Positions 50,626-60,212 are shown, numbered from the whole stretch's first letter. The stretch is 63,356 bases of DNA, filler included, from Anaerolineae bacterium (GCA_029262755.1; 7 parts of 7 records of this genome joined end to end with filler, not necessarily neighbours in it); one strand, 5' to 3'. Notes: generated from the letters alone by a model not told the origin. Program-made: numbers and translations.

Positions 50626-52118
50626 TCGTGGGTCGCATGTTGGCCTGGCTGGCCACCGCTCTGACCGCCGTCGTGCTCGTCGCATGGCTCGTCGTCGGCG
50701 TGCTGTTGGCCGGAGGCCCCGGCCTGGACGCCTTGCGTCGGATCGCACCGGATAGCGCGGGCCTCGAGGAGCTCGCCGGAAGGTTGGGTGAGTCCGCGCC
50801 ATCCGTCGGTCCGCGCGATTCGGCCGAGGAAGCGGAGTCTACCGATGGTTCCCTTGACGAAGGATCGGAGGAGGACGCCGACTCGGTTGCCGAGGGCCGG
50901 AGCGGAGAGGGCGCAGCCCAGGATGATGAATCGGATCCAGCCGCCGAGGACGACGAAGGCGCGTCGACCGGCGACCCCTCCGACGAGTCGGCGGACACGG
51001 AGCGCTCGGACGCCGTCGCCGAACCGCCTGCAGGCGCTGACGGCAACGGAAATGATCTCGCGATCGCGGACGGCAGCGAGGACGACGGGCTCGGCAACGA
51101 CGTGGACGATTCCGGGATCGCGCCCTCCGTAAACTGGCCCGACTTCGAGGCTTACGAGGACCTTGCGTTGCGCCAGCCAGCGGTACAGACCACGCACTTC
51201 GACCTCCACGCAGCGGATGCGTTCGATCCCTTGCTGATCGATGCCGCGAATCGGTGGGCGACCGAGATCGAGTCCATCCACGACTACGTGACCAGCCGAG
51301 CCGGACCGCTTGCCTCCGAGCCCGTCGCCGTACTGTTCGACCATGCCTACGACGCGCGTTGCCCGGCACGGGGTCTTGCGTCGCCGGGCGGTGAGGCGGC
51401 CTTCCTGGTGGTCTTCATCGATGAGGAGACGACCGACACGCAGGTGCGCGCCGTGTTGGCCCACGAGATCGCACACCACGTATTCGGTGGGCCGGAGTTC
51501 GTCGGGGACGGTGTGCTCACCGAGGGGCTGGCCAATTGGGCCGCGGGCGACTACGCGCTGGCTTGGCAGGGCCTCGACAGCTGGACCGATGGTGTGCGTG
51601 AGGCGCTGCGCGAAGGCCGCTTCGTTTCGGTCGCGGACGACGGAGGTCTGACGCCGCGCCAGGGTGAAAACTGTGTGGCGCGCCGCGACCGCGTGTACAA
51701 CATCCGCGCCGGGTTTGTCACGTGGCTCGTCGAGACGAAGGGGCTTGACCTCGTTCGCGCGATGCCGGTCAAGACCGAGACGCGCTTTGACGCGATCTCC
51801 GCGGAGCGCATCGAGATGACCCTACCCGACTACGAAGCCGCCACCGGCCGCAGCCTCACGCAGCTCGAGGGCCTGTGGCTGCAGGAATTGCTCGGCGCCA
51901 ATCCGCAACGCAACGCGCCCGACGCTCCCACGGGCGATGACCCATCGTCGAGCAATGAGCCTCGTCGCGACGGCGCAACGAATCGCGCGCCGGTGGATCC
52001 TGCGGCCGAGGATCTCGTCGCGGAGGACGGCGAACCCGCTGAGGAGGACGCGGACGGGAGCTCGCGCGGCGGCGCCGGCACAGGCTCCGCGTCGCCGGGC
52101 GAGGACGCCACGCCGTGA
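50622..52118 (+). CDS. Membrane-anchored gluzincin-type zinc metallopeptidase with an acidic linker
   Basis: N-terminal TM, D/E-rich spacer, LAHEIAHH plus downstream LTEGLANW. Confidence 0.75.
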   Translation: MIVGRMLAWLATALTAVVLVAWLVVGVLLAGGPGLDALRRIAPDSAGLEELAGRLGESAPSVGPRDSAEEAESTDGSLDEGSEEDADSVAEGRSGEGAAQDDESDPAAEDDEGASTGDPSDESADTERSDAVAEPPAGADGNGNDLAIADGSEDDGLGNDVDDSGIAPSVNWPDFEAYEDLALRQPAVQTTHFDLHAADAFDPLLIDAANRWATEIESIHDYVTSRAGPLASEPVAVLFDHAYDARCPARGLASPGGEAAFLVVFIDEETTDTQVRAVLAHEIAHHVFGGPEFVGDGVLTEGLANWAAGDYALAWQGLDSWTDGVREALREGRFVSVADDGGLTPRQGENCVARRDRVYNIRAGFVTWLVETKGLDLVRAMPVKTETRFDAISAERIEMTLPDYEAATGRSLTQLEGLWLQELLGANPQRNAPDAPTGDDPSSSNEPRRDGATNRAPVDPAAEDLVAEDGEPAEEDADGSSRGGAGTGSASPGEDATP

Positions 52119-54115
52119 GCGGCCCTGGTAGTGGCCCCGCGATGGCGGAGGCCCCGGAAAGCCCGCGCCGCTTGCGCGTGCTCCTGGCGCAGCTGAACAC
52201 GGTGGTGGGCGACATCGCCGGCAACACGGAACGCATGATCGACGTGCTCCAGCGCGCCCGAGACGCGGACGTCCACGTCGCCGTGTTTCCGGAGCTGGCG
52301 ATCACGGGCTATCCCCCCGAGGACCTGCTGCTGCGCCCCTCGTTCTTGGCCGACGCCGAGGCCGCGGTGCACGCGATGGCCGCCCACACCGTGGGCTTGA
52401 CGGCTCTCGTGGGGTACCCGGATCGTCGCGGCGATCTGCACAACGCGGCGGCCGTGCTGCACGACGGACAAGCGGCCACGGTCGTCCGCAAAGTCTTCCT
52501 GCCCAACTACAGCGTCTTCGATGAAGAGCGGTACTTCCGCGCGGGCGGCGAGGCCATCGTGTTTCGCGGCCACGACGCGCGCTTTGGGGTGAGCATCTGC
52601 GAAGATATCTGGTACCCGACGGGTCCGCCCGAAATGCAGGCCCGTGCCGGCGCCGAAGTGCTCATCAACCTCAGCGCGTCGCCCTATGTGCGCGGCAAGA
52701 GCCGCCAGCGGGAGCGCATGCTGGCTACCCGCGCCGCGGACAACCTTGCCTTCGTCGTCTACTGCAACCTCGTCGGGGGTCAGGACGAGCTGGTCTTTGA
52801 CGGCAACAGCCTGGTCATCGGGCCGACGGGTGACATTCTGGCGCGCGGGGCGAGCTTCGATGAGGACTTGTTCATCGTCGAGCTCAACCTCGACCAGGTG
52901 TTCCACGAGCGCCTGCTCGACCCCCGCGAGCGCAAGGCGCGCTGGGTCGAGGAAGAGCGGCGCGACGTCCGTTGGGTCAGCCTTCCACCGCTCGCCCGGC
53001 GCGCGGCGATGACCGCACCGGGGCGCATCCATCGTGGACCGGGCGCGGCAGATGCGGTCGCGGCGCCGATCGAGAGCGCCGCCGATCTGGGCGCGGACTC
53101 CAATGTCGCCGCACCGTTCCTCTCCGCCGAATCCATCACGTCGAGCTCCACACCCTCCGCCATGTCCGATACCGCCGCCATCGAGATCCGTGGCGGTGCG
53201 GGCCCCGGCACGATGGGCGGCGCGGACGGCTCGCTGTCGCGCGGGCCGGAGCCGCTACGCGGCTTGGCCGAGATCTGGGCGGCGCTCGTACTCGGGACGC
53301 GCGACTACGTGCACAAGAACGGCTTTCGCGAAGTCGTGATCGGCCTTTCGGGCGGCATCGACTCCGCGCTCTGCGCCACGATTGCGGCAGACGCGTTGGG
53401 CGCACAGCGGGTCGTCGGCGTGGGCATGCCGAGCCGCTATTCCTCGCCGAGCAGCCTGGCGGATGCACGTGCGCTGGCCGAATTGCGCGGAATGCGCTTT
53501 CTCGAAGTGCCGATCGACGACGTGTTCCAGGCCTACCTCGACATGCTGGCGCCTTCCTTTGCCGAGAGAGAGCCGGACGTCACCGAGGAAAACCTCCAAT
53601 CCCGCATTCGGGGCAACATCGGGATGGCGCTCTCGAACAAATTCGGCTGGATGGTGATTACCACGGGCAACAAGAGCGAGACAAGCGTCGGCTACTCCAC
53701 GCTCTACGGCGACACCGCCGGCGGCTTTGCGCCCATCAAGGATGTATCGAAGCTGCTGGTCTACGAGCTCTCGCGCTGGCGCAACACGTGGCCGGATGGG
53801 CCCGTCATTCCCGAGCACTCGATCACCCGCGCCCCATCGGCCGAGCTGCGACCCGACCAGACCGATCAGGACAGCCTGCCGCCTTATGAAATCCTGGACC
53901 CGATCCTGGTCGCCTACGTCGAGGAAGAGATGAGCGTCGAGGAGATCGCGGCGATGGGCTACGAGCGCGCCCTCGTCGATCGCATCGCGCGGCTGGTCGA
54001 TCGCGCCGAGTACAAGCGCAGACAGGCGCCGCCCGGCATCAAGATCAGCGGCCGCGCCTTCGGCAGGGACCGTCGCATGCCGATCACCAAACGCGTCACG
54101 CGTCTGGGTGGCTAG
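52115..54115 (+). CDS. nadE: Glutamine-dependent NAD+ synthetase
   Basis: Nitrilase triad FPEL / RKVFLPNY / ICEDIW; synthetase GLSGGIDS, ENLQSRIRG, GYSTLYGD, EYKRRQ. Confidence 0.97.
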   Translation: MSGPGSGPAMAEAPESPRRLRVLLAQLNTVVGDIAGNTERMIDVLQRARDADVHVAVFPELAITGYPPEDLLLRPSFLADAEAAVHAMAAHTVGLTALVGYPDRRGDLHNAAAVLHDGQAATVVRKVFLPNYSVFDEERYFRAGGEAIVFRGHDARFGVSICEDIWYPTGPPEMQARAGAEVLINLSASPYVRGKSRQRERMLATRAADNLAFVVYCNLVGGQDELVFDGNSLVIGPTGDILARGASFDEDLFIVELNLDQVFHERLLDPRERKARWVEEERRDVRWVSLPPLARRAAMTAPGRIHRGPGAADAVAAPIESAADLGADSNVAAPFLSAESITSSSTPSAMSDTAAIEIRGGAGPGTMGGADGSLSRGPEPLRGLAEIWAALVLGTRDYVHKNGFREVVIGLSGGIDSALCATIAADALGAQRVVGVGMPSRYSSPSSLADARALAELRGMRFLEVPIDDVFQAYLDMLAPSFAEREPDVTEENLQSRIRGNIGMALSNKFGWMVITTGNKSETSVGYSTLYGDTAGGFAPIKDVSKLLVYELSRWRNTWPDGPVIPEHSITRAPSAELRPDQTDQDSLPPYEILDPILVAYVEEEMSVEEIAAMGYERALVDRIARLVDRAEYKRRQAPPGIKISGRAFGRDRRMPITKRVTRLGG

Positions 54116-54158
54116 CGCGGCCCGGCTCACAAAACGCGTCACGCGTCTGGGCGGCTAG
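54084..54158. repeat. 32-nt direct duplication of the nadE 3' end
   Basis: TCACCAAACGCGTCACGCGTCTGGGTGGCTAG (54084-54115) vs TCACAAAACGCGTCACGCGTCTGGGCGGCTAG (54127-54158), 30/32 identical. Confidence 0.9.
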
Positions 54159-54168
54159 GGCCGCGCGA

Positions 54169-54574
54169 CTACGGGTTGCGGCGCAGTTGAGCCACAAGCC
54201 CGCGCAAGCCCAGCCCATATCCCTGCGCGCCGAACCCGCACAGATAGGCCACACAGGCAGGGGCGATCATCGAGTGGCGGCGAAACTCCTCGCGCGCGTG
54301 AACGTGCGAGACGTGCACCTCCACCGCCGGCGGGCCCGCCGCAAGCGCGTCCCGTAGGGCGATGGACGTGTGGCCGAGCCCGCCGGGATTGATCAGGATG
54401 CCATCGGCAAGCGGGCGGTCGGCGCCCGCGATCGACGCGTGGATCGCGTCGATCAGGACACCCTCGTGGTTCGACTGCAGCACGCTCAGCGTCACGCCCA
54501 GCTCGTCGGCCGTGGCGCGGAGGTCGCGTTCGACCTCCGCCAAGGTCGTTGTGCCGTAGATGTGCGGCTCACGC
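54169..54574 (-). CDS. aroQ: Type II 3-dehydroquinate dehydratase, 5'-truncated
   Basis: REPHIYG, QSNHEG, INPGGLGHTSIALRDA, EVHVSHVHAREEFR. Confidence 0.95.
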
Positions 54575-54675
54575 NNNNNNNNNNNNNNNNNNNNNNNNNN
54601 NNNNNNNNNNNNNNNNNNTTAATTAATTAANNNNNNNNNNNNNNNNNNNNNNNNNNNNNNNNNNNNNNNNNNNNG

Positions 54676-55542
54676 GACGCGGAGCTCTTCGAGCGCCTGG
54701 GCCGCAAGGGCAGCGAGCTGACCGAGGTCAACGGCGTCCCCGGTTCGCCGCACGTCTGGACCGCCCGCGGCCTCTACGGCGCAACGGGAAGCACGATGGA
54801 CTGGCTCTACGGCAAGCGCGGCATCTACGCCTTCTCGCCGGAAGTCTACGGCGGCGACGGCACCCTGTCGCTCGAGAAGACCGGCGCGCTGACCTACACC
54901 ATCGCCAACAGCACGGGCGCAAGCTTCAACCCCCCGCCGTCCGACATCGTCACCTGGGCCGATCGCTGGCGCAGTTTCGCGCTCATGCTCCTCGCCGCAA
55001 CGCCCAACGTCGAACTCGCCTCCGCCACACCTACCGAAGACGCCCTCGTCCTACAGCTGACCAACGACGGCTTCCTCCCGGTCGACATCGACCTATGGGC
55101 CGTGGACGCGTCGGGCGCAGAGATCGCTACCGGCTCGCTGTCCGCGCTCCGCCACGACATCAGCGGCTGGTCGATCCCCATCAAGTCGACGGAACCCACC
55201 ACCCTGACCATCTCGATGAGCGCCACCCTCCAGGCCGGCACCGTCCCGCACGTCGTCGAGACCGCCACCTGGACCCTAATCCCCGAAGAGGGCACCTGGC
55301 GCCTCGCCGAGGGCACTTTCACGCCACAGCGCGACCTCGGGGCAGCCTTCGGCGGCTGGTACGCCGGTCCCGAGTGGGGCACCCAGGCCTACACCTGCGG
55401 TCCCGGCGGCTGCAGCAACATCCGCCTCCCGGAAGACCAGTGGACCCCCACCCCCGTGCCACCCACCCCCACGGCAACACCCCCACCGCCGCCATCGGGG
55501 CTGTTCCTGCCCCGCCTGCTCAATGAGGCGTCGGACGGCTAG
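54676..55542 (+). CDS. M14-family zinc carboxypeptidase, C-terminal part (5'-truncated)
   Basis: Frame is open from the gap: GLYGATGSTMDWLYGKRGIYAFSPE (LY...G...DW.Y...F..E); ends with a PT linker plus LFLPRLL. Confidence 0.72.
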   Translation, partial: DAELFERLGRKGSELTEVNGVPGSPHVWTARGLYGATGSTMDWLYGKRGIYAFSPEVYGGDGTLSLEKTGALTYTIANSTGASFNPPPSDIVTWADRWRSFALMLLAATPNVELASATPTEDALVLQLTNDGFLPVDIDLWAVDASGAEIATGSLSALRHDISGWSIPIKSTEPTTLTISMSATLQAGTVPHVVETATWTLIPEEGTWRLAEGTFTPQRDLGAAFGGWYAGPEWGTQAYTCGPGGCSNIRLPEDQWTPTPVPPTPTATPPPPPSGLFLPRLLNEASDG

Positions 55543-55879
55543 GTAGGAGTTGCAGGCTCGGCCACCACGCCACACGCCGATCCGCCTTCGGCGGCGGAAG
55601 CCGTGGTGGCCGACGCCTGCCGTGTTGCTGGACTGGTGCACGCGATTCGCGTACGTCGCGTGCACCCTCCTGCCCGAGGAAGACCCTCTCCCCATCACGC
55701 ACGCAGCGCATTTGACCGCGACAGGTGGCTCGCAGGCCGGCACACCCGATGGTCCGTCTCTAGCTGGTAGTCACACGTGACGTCACTCTCAACCTGCATG
55801 CTTTCTTGGGCGGCGTCGAGCTACAGGCCACAACCGGCAAGGGGTAGCACTCCGCGTCCCGACGCGGTACGCTGTTCCC

Positions 55880-58105
55880 ATGAATGATCGCTTGCCTGCT
55901 ACTGAAGCTCCCCAGTTCGGGGCCCTTCGCGGCCCGTTCCGCAACGCGCATGCGGCAGCCAACACGGGCATGACCGCCGCGACGGCCGGACACGTACATT
56001 CCAGACGCGACCGCGCCCGGTGGCAACGCCGGCGTTCCGCAGGTCTCTACGGCGTGGCCCTGGTGCTGGGCCTGCTTGCCGGCCTCGACTCCGCGTCCGA
56101 CGAGCGGGTTGGCCGCCTGGTGCATCCTGCACCGCTTGCCGCCGCTCCCGCCGCTCACCCAGCGGACATCGTCGATCCGCTCGCCCCCATGCGTGCCGGC
56201 TCGCGTATCGTCTGGCTGCCGGGCGGTGGATCCGCGAACTGCTCGTGGAACGTCGTAGCGCAGAACGTGGGGCACGAGCCGACAAAGGCGACGCTCATCG
56301 GATGGGGCAACCCAGGCTTGTGCCCACCGCAAGCGGCGGATCCATTCACGATCGAATGCTCGGGCGTCATTCCCCCGGGCGGCTCCTGGACCTTCGCGGG
56401 CCCGCAGCTGCCGGACGAGGCTCACAGCATGGTCTTGGCATCCTTTTCGACACAGACCTTGTACGCCCTCGGGGTCGACCTCGGCTTCAACGATATTGCC
56501 GCAGACTATCTGTGCGAGACCTTGTTCTTTCTTCGGGTGGGCGACCACCTCAATGACTATTGGCGGTTCCACCAGGCCTTCCTATCGGGCGAAGCATACG
56601 CAGGCGTGCCTATGGAACGCGCCGCCGGCGCCCCGCTTGCGGCCACCCTCCACCGCACATGCACGCTCCCCGGCGGGGATGCGCCGGTTCGCCGGGGCAG
56701 CGTAGCCGGCGTCCCCGCTACGGACGCCGGGCTGGATGTGGCAAGCGCTGAGCGTAGCTATCGCTACGCCGTGCCCCTCGCTGTCGCGTCCCCTGTGACC
56801 CCTACAGGCACTACGTTCTACATCCAGAACGCGGGCGCGCTGTGCGCGTCCGTCGACGTCGTGTTTCGTCCGACACCCCAGGACGGGCAGACCACCGATA
56901 CCGAACCCTGCGTCATCCATCGGAGCACGCTTGCCTTCGGCGAGAGCTGGCGGGCCGACCTCGGGTCGTGCGCGAAGGACGGCGTGCTCACCGGAGCCAT
57001 CGAGGTGGAAGGAACGGCGCCGCTCGCGATCTGGGCGGAGCGGATGGTCAACGAGGGACTCCACACGGTCCGAGCGGTCCCCGCGGGCATCGCATCGGGC
57101 ATGAGCCCGTGGCCGGACGAGGCGACTACCTCGCTCGTCGCCCCCATCGTCCTGCGGGGCATCGATCGCTGGTCTAGCAGAATTCACGTCCAGAATCTCG
57201 ACGAACATCGCGCGGCGGAGGTGCAACTGACGGGCCTCAGTCGAGGCGGTCGGACTACCTTAACCGCGTCGCTGCGCGTGCCGGCGCGGCAGGTTCGTCG
57301 CTTCGACCTCGACGCGCTGACCGATGGACCGAGTATGTGGATCGGCTCCATGCGGATCGAGAGTTCGGCGGCCGACTGGGCGGACGGCGCCGCACCGTCC
57401 ATCGCCGCCTCCGTGGTCGCATGGCGAAACGAATTCGGCGACGCCGCGAGCGATGCCTTCGCCTACACCGCGGCCTCTGTCCGCACTACGGCTACGCGCG
57501 CAACGGATGCTGGCGGCCTACTCGCGCTTCCGCAACTCGGCCGCGCCACGGACCTTTCGCACGAGCTGGCCGTCATGAACGCGGCGCGCACACCGGGCCA
57601 CACCAACGCGGCGGTCCTACTGTTCGACACGAACGGCCTGCTCGACGTGGTGTGCGTCCGGCTAGACAGGGGCGCCACCGAATTCGTGGACCTCGCGAAT
57701 TGGGGCTTCATCGCCCCTGGCTTCCGGGGAAGCGCTGTGATCAGCGCCTCGACATGGAACCACCGTGACGCGAGCGCGGGCGCCGACGCACCAAACCCTG
57801 TCTCGCTGGCCGCGGTCATGCTGCGGCGTCCCAACCCCGCGGAAGACCCGACCACGGATCCGGCCCTTGGTCTCGGAAGCCACGCCGCCCTCGCCGTCGC
57901 CATCCCGGACAGCGCGGATGCTCGATTCCTGCCCGTTCCCGCCAGCGGCTTCGACCTCTGCGGCCGGCGCCTCGTCTTCCAACCACCCACCCCATGGCCG
58001 CCCATCGCAACGCGGACCCCCGCCGCCACGGCAACGGCAACCGCGACCGCCATCGCAAGCAGGGACCCGGTAGGCCAGGCGTTCCTGCCTTGGGCACGAC
58101 GATAG
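55880..58105 (+). CDS. Large hypothetical exported protein
   Basis: 741-aa ORF; hydrophobic N-terminal segment, repeated ...QN.g...a.v.v units, several Cys, PT linker plus AFLPWARR; start uncertain. Confidence 0.65.
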   Translation: MNDRLPATEAPQFGALRGPFRNAHAAANTGMTAATAGHVHSRRDRARWQRRRSAGLYGVALVLGLLAGLDSASDERVGRLVHPAPLAAAPAAHPADIVDPLAPMRAGSRIVWLPGGGSANCSWNVVAQNVGHEPTKATLIGWGNPGLCPPQAADPFTIECSGVIPPGGSWTFAGPQLPDEAHSMVLASFSTQTLYALGVDLGFNDIAADYLCETLFFLRVGDHLNDYWRFHQAFLSGEAYAGVPMERAAGAPLAATLHRTCTLPGGDAPVRRGSVAGVPATDAGLDVASAERSYRYAVPLAVASPVTPTGTTFYIQNAGALCASVDVVFRPTPQDGQTTDTEPCVIHRSTLAFGESWRADLGSCAKDGVLTGAIEVEGTAPLAIWAERMVNEGLHTVRAVPAGIASGMSPWPDEATTSLVAPIVLRGIDRWSSRIHVQNLDEHRAAEVQLTGLSRGGRTTLTASLRVPARQVRRFDLDALTDGPSMWIGSMRIESSAADWADGAAPSIAASVVAWRNEFGDAASDAFAYTAASVRTTATRATDAGGLLALPQLGRATDLSHELAVMNAARTPGHTNAAVLLFDTNGLLDVVCVRLDRGATEFVDLANWGFIAPGFRGSAVISASTWNHRDASAGADAPNPVSLAAVMLRRPNPAEDPTTDPALGLGSHAALAVAIPDSADARFLPVPASGFDLCGRRLVFQPPTPWPPIATRTPAATATATATAIASRDPVGQAFLPWARR

Positions 58106-58111
58106 GCGCTA

Positions 58112-58319
58112 GTAGTCCAACCAGCTTGGAGATGCGGGTAGTAGGGAAGCCATTGCGCCGCGCCGGTGGTTCGCTCCGAGGAGGGAAGTAGCAGTAGCGC
58201 CCGCACGCCCCGCCTCGCCGACCTCCCCGCTCTTCTGATTCGCTTCAGCGGCGCTGCAGGGCGGAATGGCATCCCCCCATCCGCAACACAATTCTTACGC
58301 CCCCCTTGGGGATGACTAG
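58112..58319. repeat. Second copy of the GTAG hairpin element (5' arm conserved, 3' arm diverged)
   Basis: 58112-58187 matches 41456-41531 at 68/76 positions; 58260-58285 can pair with 58133-58159; the right boundary is tentative. Confidence 0.8.
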
Positions 58320-58464
58320 CACCGCGGTCGATACTCCACACTGTCTGAGCGTACGGACGGACCGGCACACTGCCGACACACCACCGTACCGACGTGCCGC
58401 TGAGCGCGTCGCCCACGCCAAGACGAATCCCACCGCCGAATCGGCGCTCCCCGGAGATCCGCCC

Positions 58465-59640
58465 ATGCATTCGTTCCGCCCTGTCCTCGTCGCGCTCCTC
58501 GCCCTGATTGCCTTCGCGCCTCTCGCCGGCTGCGGCCTCCCGGTCGAGCCCCCCGTCACCGGCCGTTTGGCCGCAGCGGAGGTCGCCCAGGAACCCGGCG
58601 TCGACCCCTCCCTCTTCCTCGCAGACGGACTCGTTCAGGCGATCACGGAAGAACCCTGCACGCTCTCCGGCGGCACGGAAAGCACCTGCTACCGGATCGT
58701 GGTCTCCTCCATCCCCACCGACCACGACGCCGGCCCGTGGTGCCCGGACACCATCACCGACTCCGCCGAGGCGGGGGGCATCTGGCTCGAGGGCGGTGAA
58801 GTCCACGACGTCGATGGGCCCTTTATCGCCAACCTCGCCACGTTCTACGACGATCCGGCCTTCAAGCTTCACGAGGACGACGGCAGCATCCGCGTCACGC
58901 GTTCCGCGGAGGCCTGCGCCGCCGCCGCCCGCCCGGATGTCGACGAGGCCTACCGCAACCACTGTGTGCAGTGCTTGCTGGAGTACCTCGGCGAAGACGT
59001 CGTGCACACCTACATCATCCCCAAGCAGCCCGTGCCCCTGGAGCGCGATTCCAGCCTCGGCCGCTCGGCGGTGGGCGTTGCCTTCAACGGCGTCAACTTC
59101 GACCCGCCCGCACCCACGGATGCCATCCTCGGCGCCCACACGCTGGCGCCCTTCGACGACTGCGGCGGCCACGTGAACCCGGTGGCCGGCTACCACTACC
59201 ACGCGCACACCGGCTGCACCTACGAGGTGTCATCAGAGGACGGCCACGCGCCGCTCATCGGCTACGCGCTGGACGGCTACGGCCTACACGCCCGCCTCGA
59301 CGAGGCCGGGCAGGCGCCCACCGATCTCGACGCCAACGGCGGCCACAGCGACGCGACCCGCGGCTACCACTACCACGCCGGCGAGGCAGGCAGCAACGCC
59401 ATCCTCAGCGGCTTCCACGGCGAGTACGGCTGCGCGTTCGACGGCGCCGTCCCCGACGAGCCCTGCGACGCCAGCGCGTCCAGCGGCCCCGGTGGCCCGC
59501 CCGGTGGTCCCCCCGGCGGCCCGCCCGGCCGCCCGACGGCCACCGTATCCCCGCCGATCGACCCCACCGAGACCAGCGAGCCCCCGACGGCAACCGAAGC
59601 GCCGCACCTCCACCTGCCGCACCTTTCCTCGGAGGACTAG
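58465..59640 (+). CDS. YHYH-domain lipoprotein
   Basis: Lipobox LAG-C; GVAFNGV, DDCGGH, GYHYH twice, LIGYALDGY. Confidence 0.88.
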   Translation: MHSFRPVLVALLALIAFAPLAGCGLPVEPPVTGRLAAAEVAQEPGVDPSLFLADGLVQAITEEPCTLSGGTESTCYRIVVSSIPTDHDAGPWCPDTITDSAEAGGIWLEGGEVHDVDGPFIANLATFYDDPAFKLHEDDGSIRVTRSAEACAAAARPDVDEAYRNHCVQCLLEYLGEDVVHTYIIPKQPVPLERDSSLGRSAVGVAFNGVNFDPPAPTDAILGAHTLAPFDDCGGHVNPVAGYHYHAHTGCTYEVSSEDGHAPLIGYALDGYGLHARLDEAGQAPTDLDANGGHSDATRGYHYHAGEAGSNAILSGFHGEYGCAFDGAVPDEPCDASASSGPGGPPGGPPGGPPGRPTATVSPPIDPTETSEPPTATEAPHLHLPHLSSED

Positions 59641-59721
59641 TTCACGTTCACCACGTTTCTGGAACGGACCGATAGGAGCACCCTGGGTTAGCACGTCGCG
59701 GTCCGTTCCGGAAGCGCAACG

Positions 59722-59973
59722 CTACGCGTCCCGCTGCACCTCGCCAGGCACGACCACCAGCAGGATGGCGCGCACCACCTGGCGCACGCGATGTGGAGCA
59801 ACGCGGCCGATCCACGCGTCCCGCTGCGCGCGGTCGAGTGTTGCCAACTGGGAGACGTGGACGACGCTCGGGCGAGGTAGGTGGGCCTCGCCCGCATCGA
59901 GCCCTACGTTGCCGGGTGCCGCAGCCCGCCGCATGTTGGTGGTCTGTGCGCACACAACCGCGGTGCGGATTCG
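59722..59973 (-). CDS. PemK/MazF-family toxin, 5'-truncated
   Basis: RIRTAVVCAQTTNMRRAAAPGNVGLDAGEAHLPRPSVVHVSQLATLDR...IGRV matches the MazF C-terminal half. Confidence 0.8.
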   Translation of the reverse strand, partial: RIRTAVVCAQTTNMRRAAAPGNVGLDAGEAHLPRPSVVHVSQLATLDRAQRDAWIGRVAPHRVRQVVRAILLVVVPGEVQRDA

Positions 59974-60212
59974 NNNNNNNNNNNNNNNNNNNNNNNNNNN
60001 NNNNNNNNNNNNNNNNNTTAATTAATTAANNNNNNNNNNNNNNNNNNNNNNNNNNNNNNNNNNNNNNNNNNNNCCAGGTGCTTCACGGAACCCCGTGCCG
60101 TCCCAGCACGAGATGCTCTGTTGCGCCATCACAAGCAGCGGATGTTCAACGGCCGGTTCGCGGGGAGCGAGCCGCTTGCGGTCCGACGTGGGTCGCTGTG
60201 TTCAGTCCAACC

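Noticed and set aside
58092..58125. GGGCAC...GCTAGTAGTCCAACC resembles the 3' half of a c-di-GMP-II riboswitch
   Set aside because: The pseudoknot partner would need GTGC but is GTCC; GGGCAC lies inside the coding end of the upstream gene and is absent at the other copy. The repeat element explains it better.
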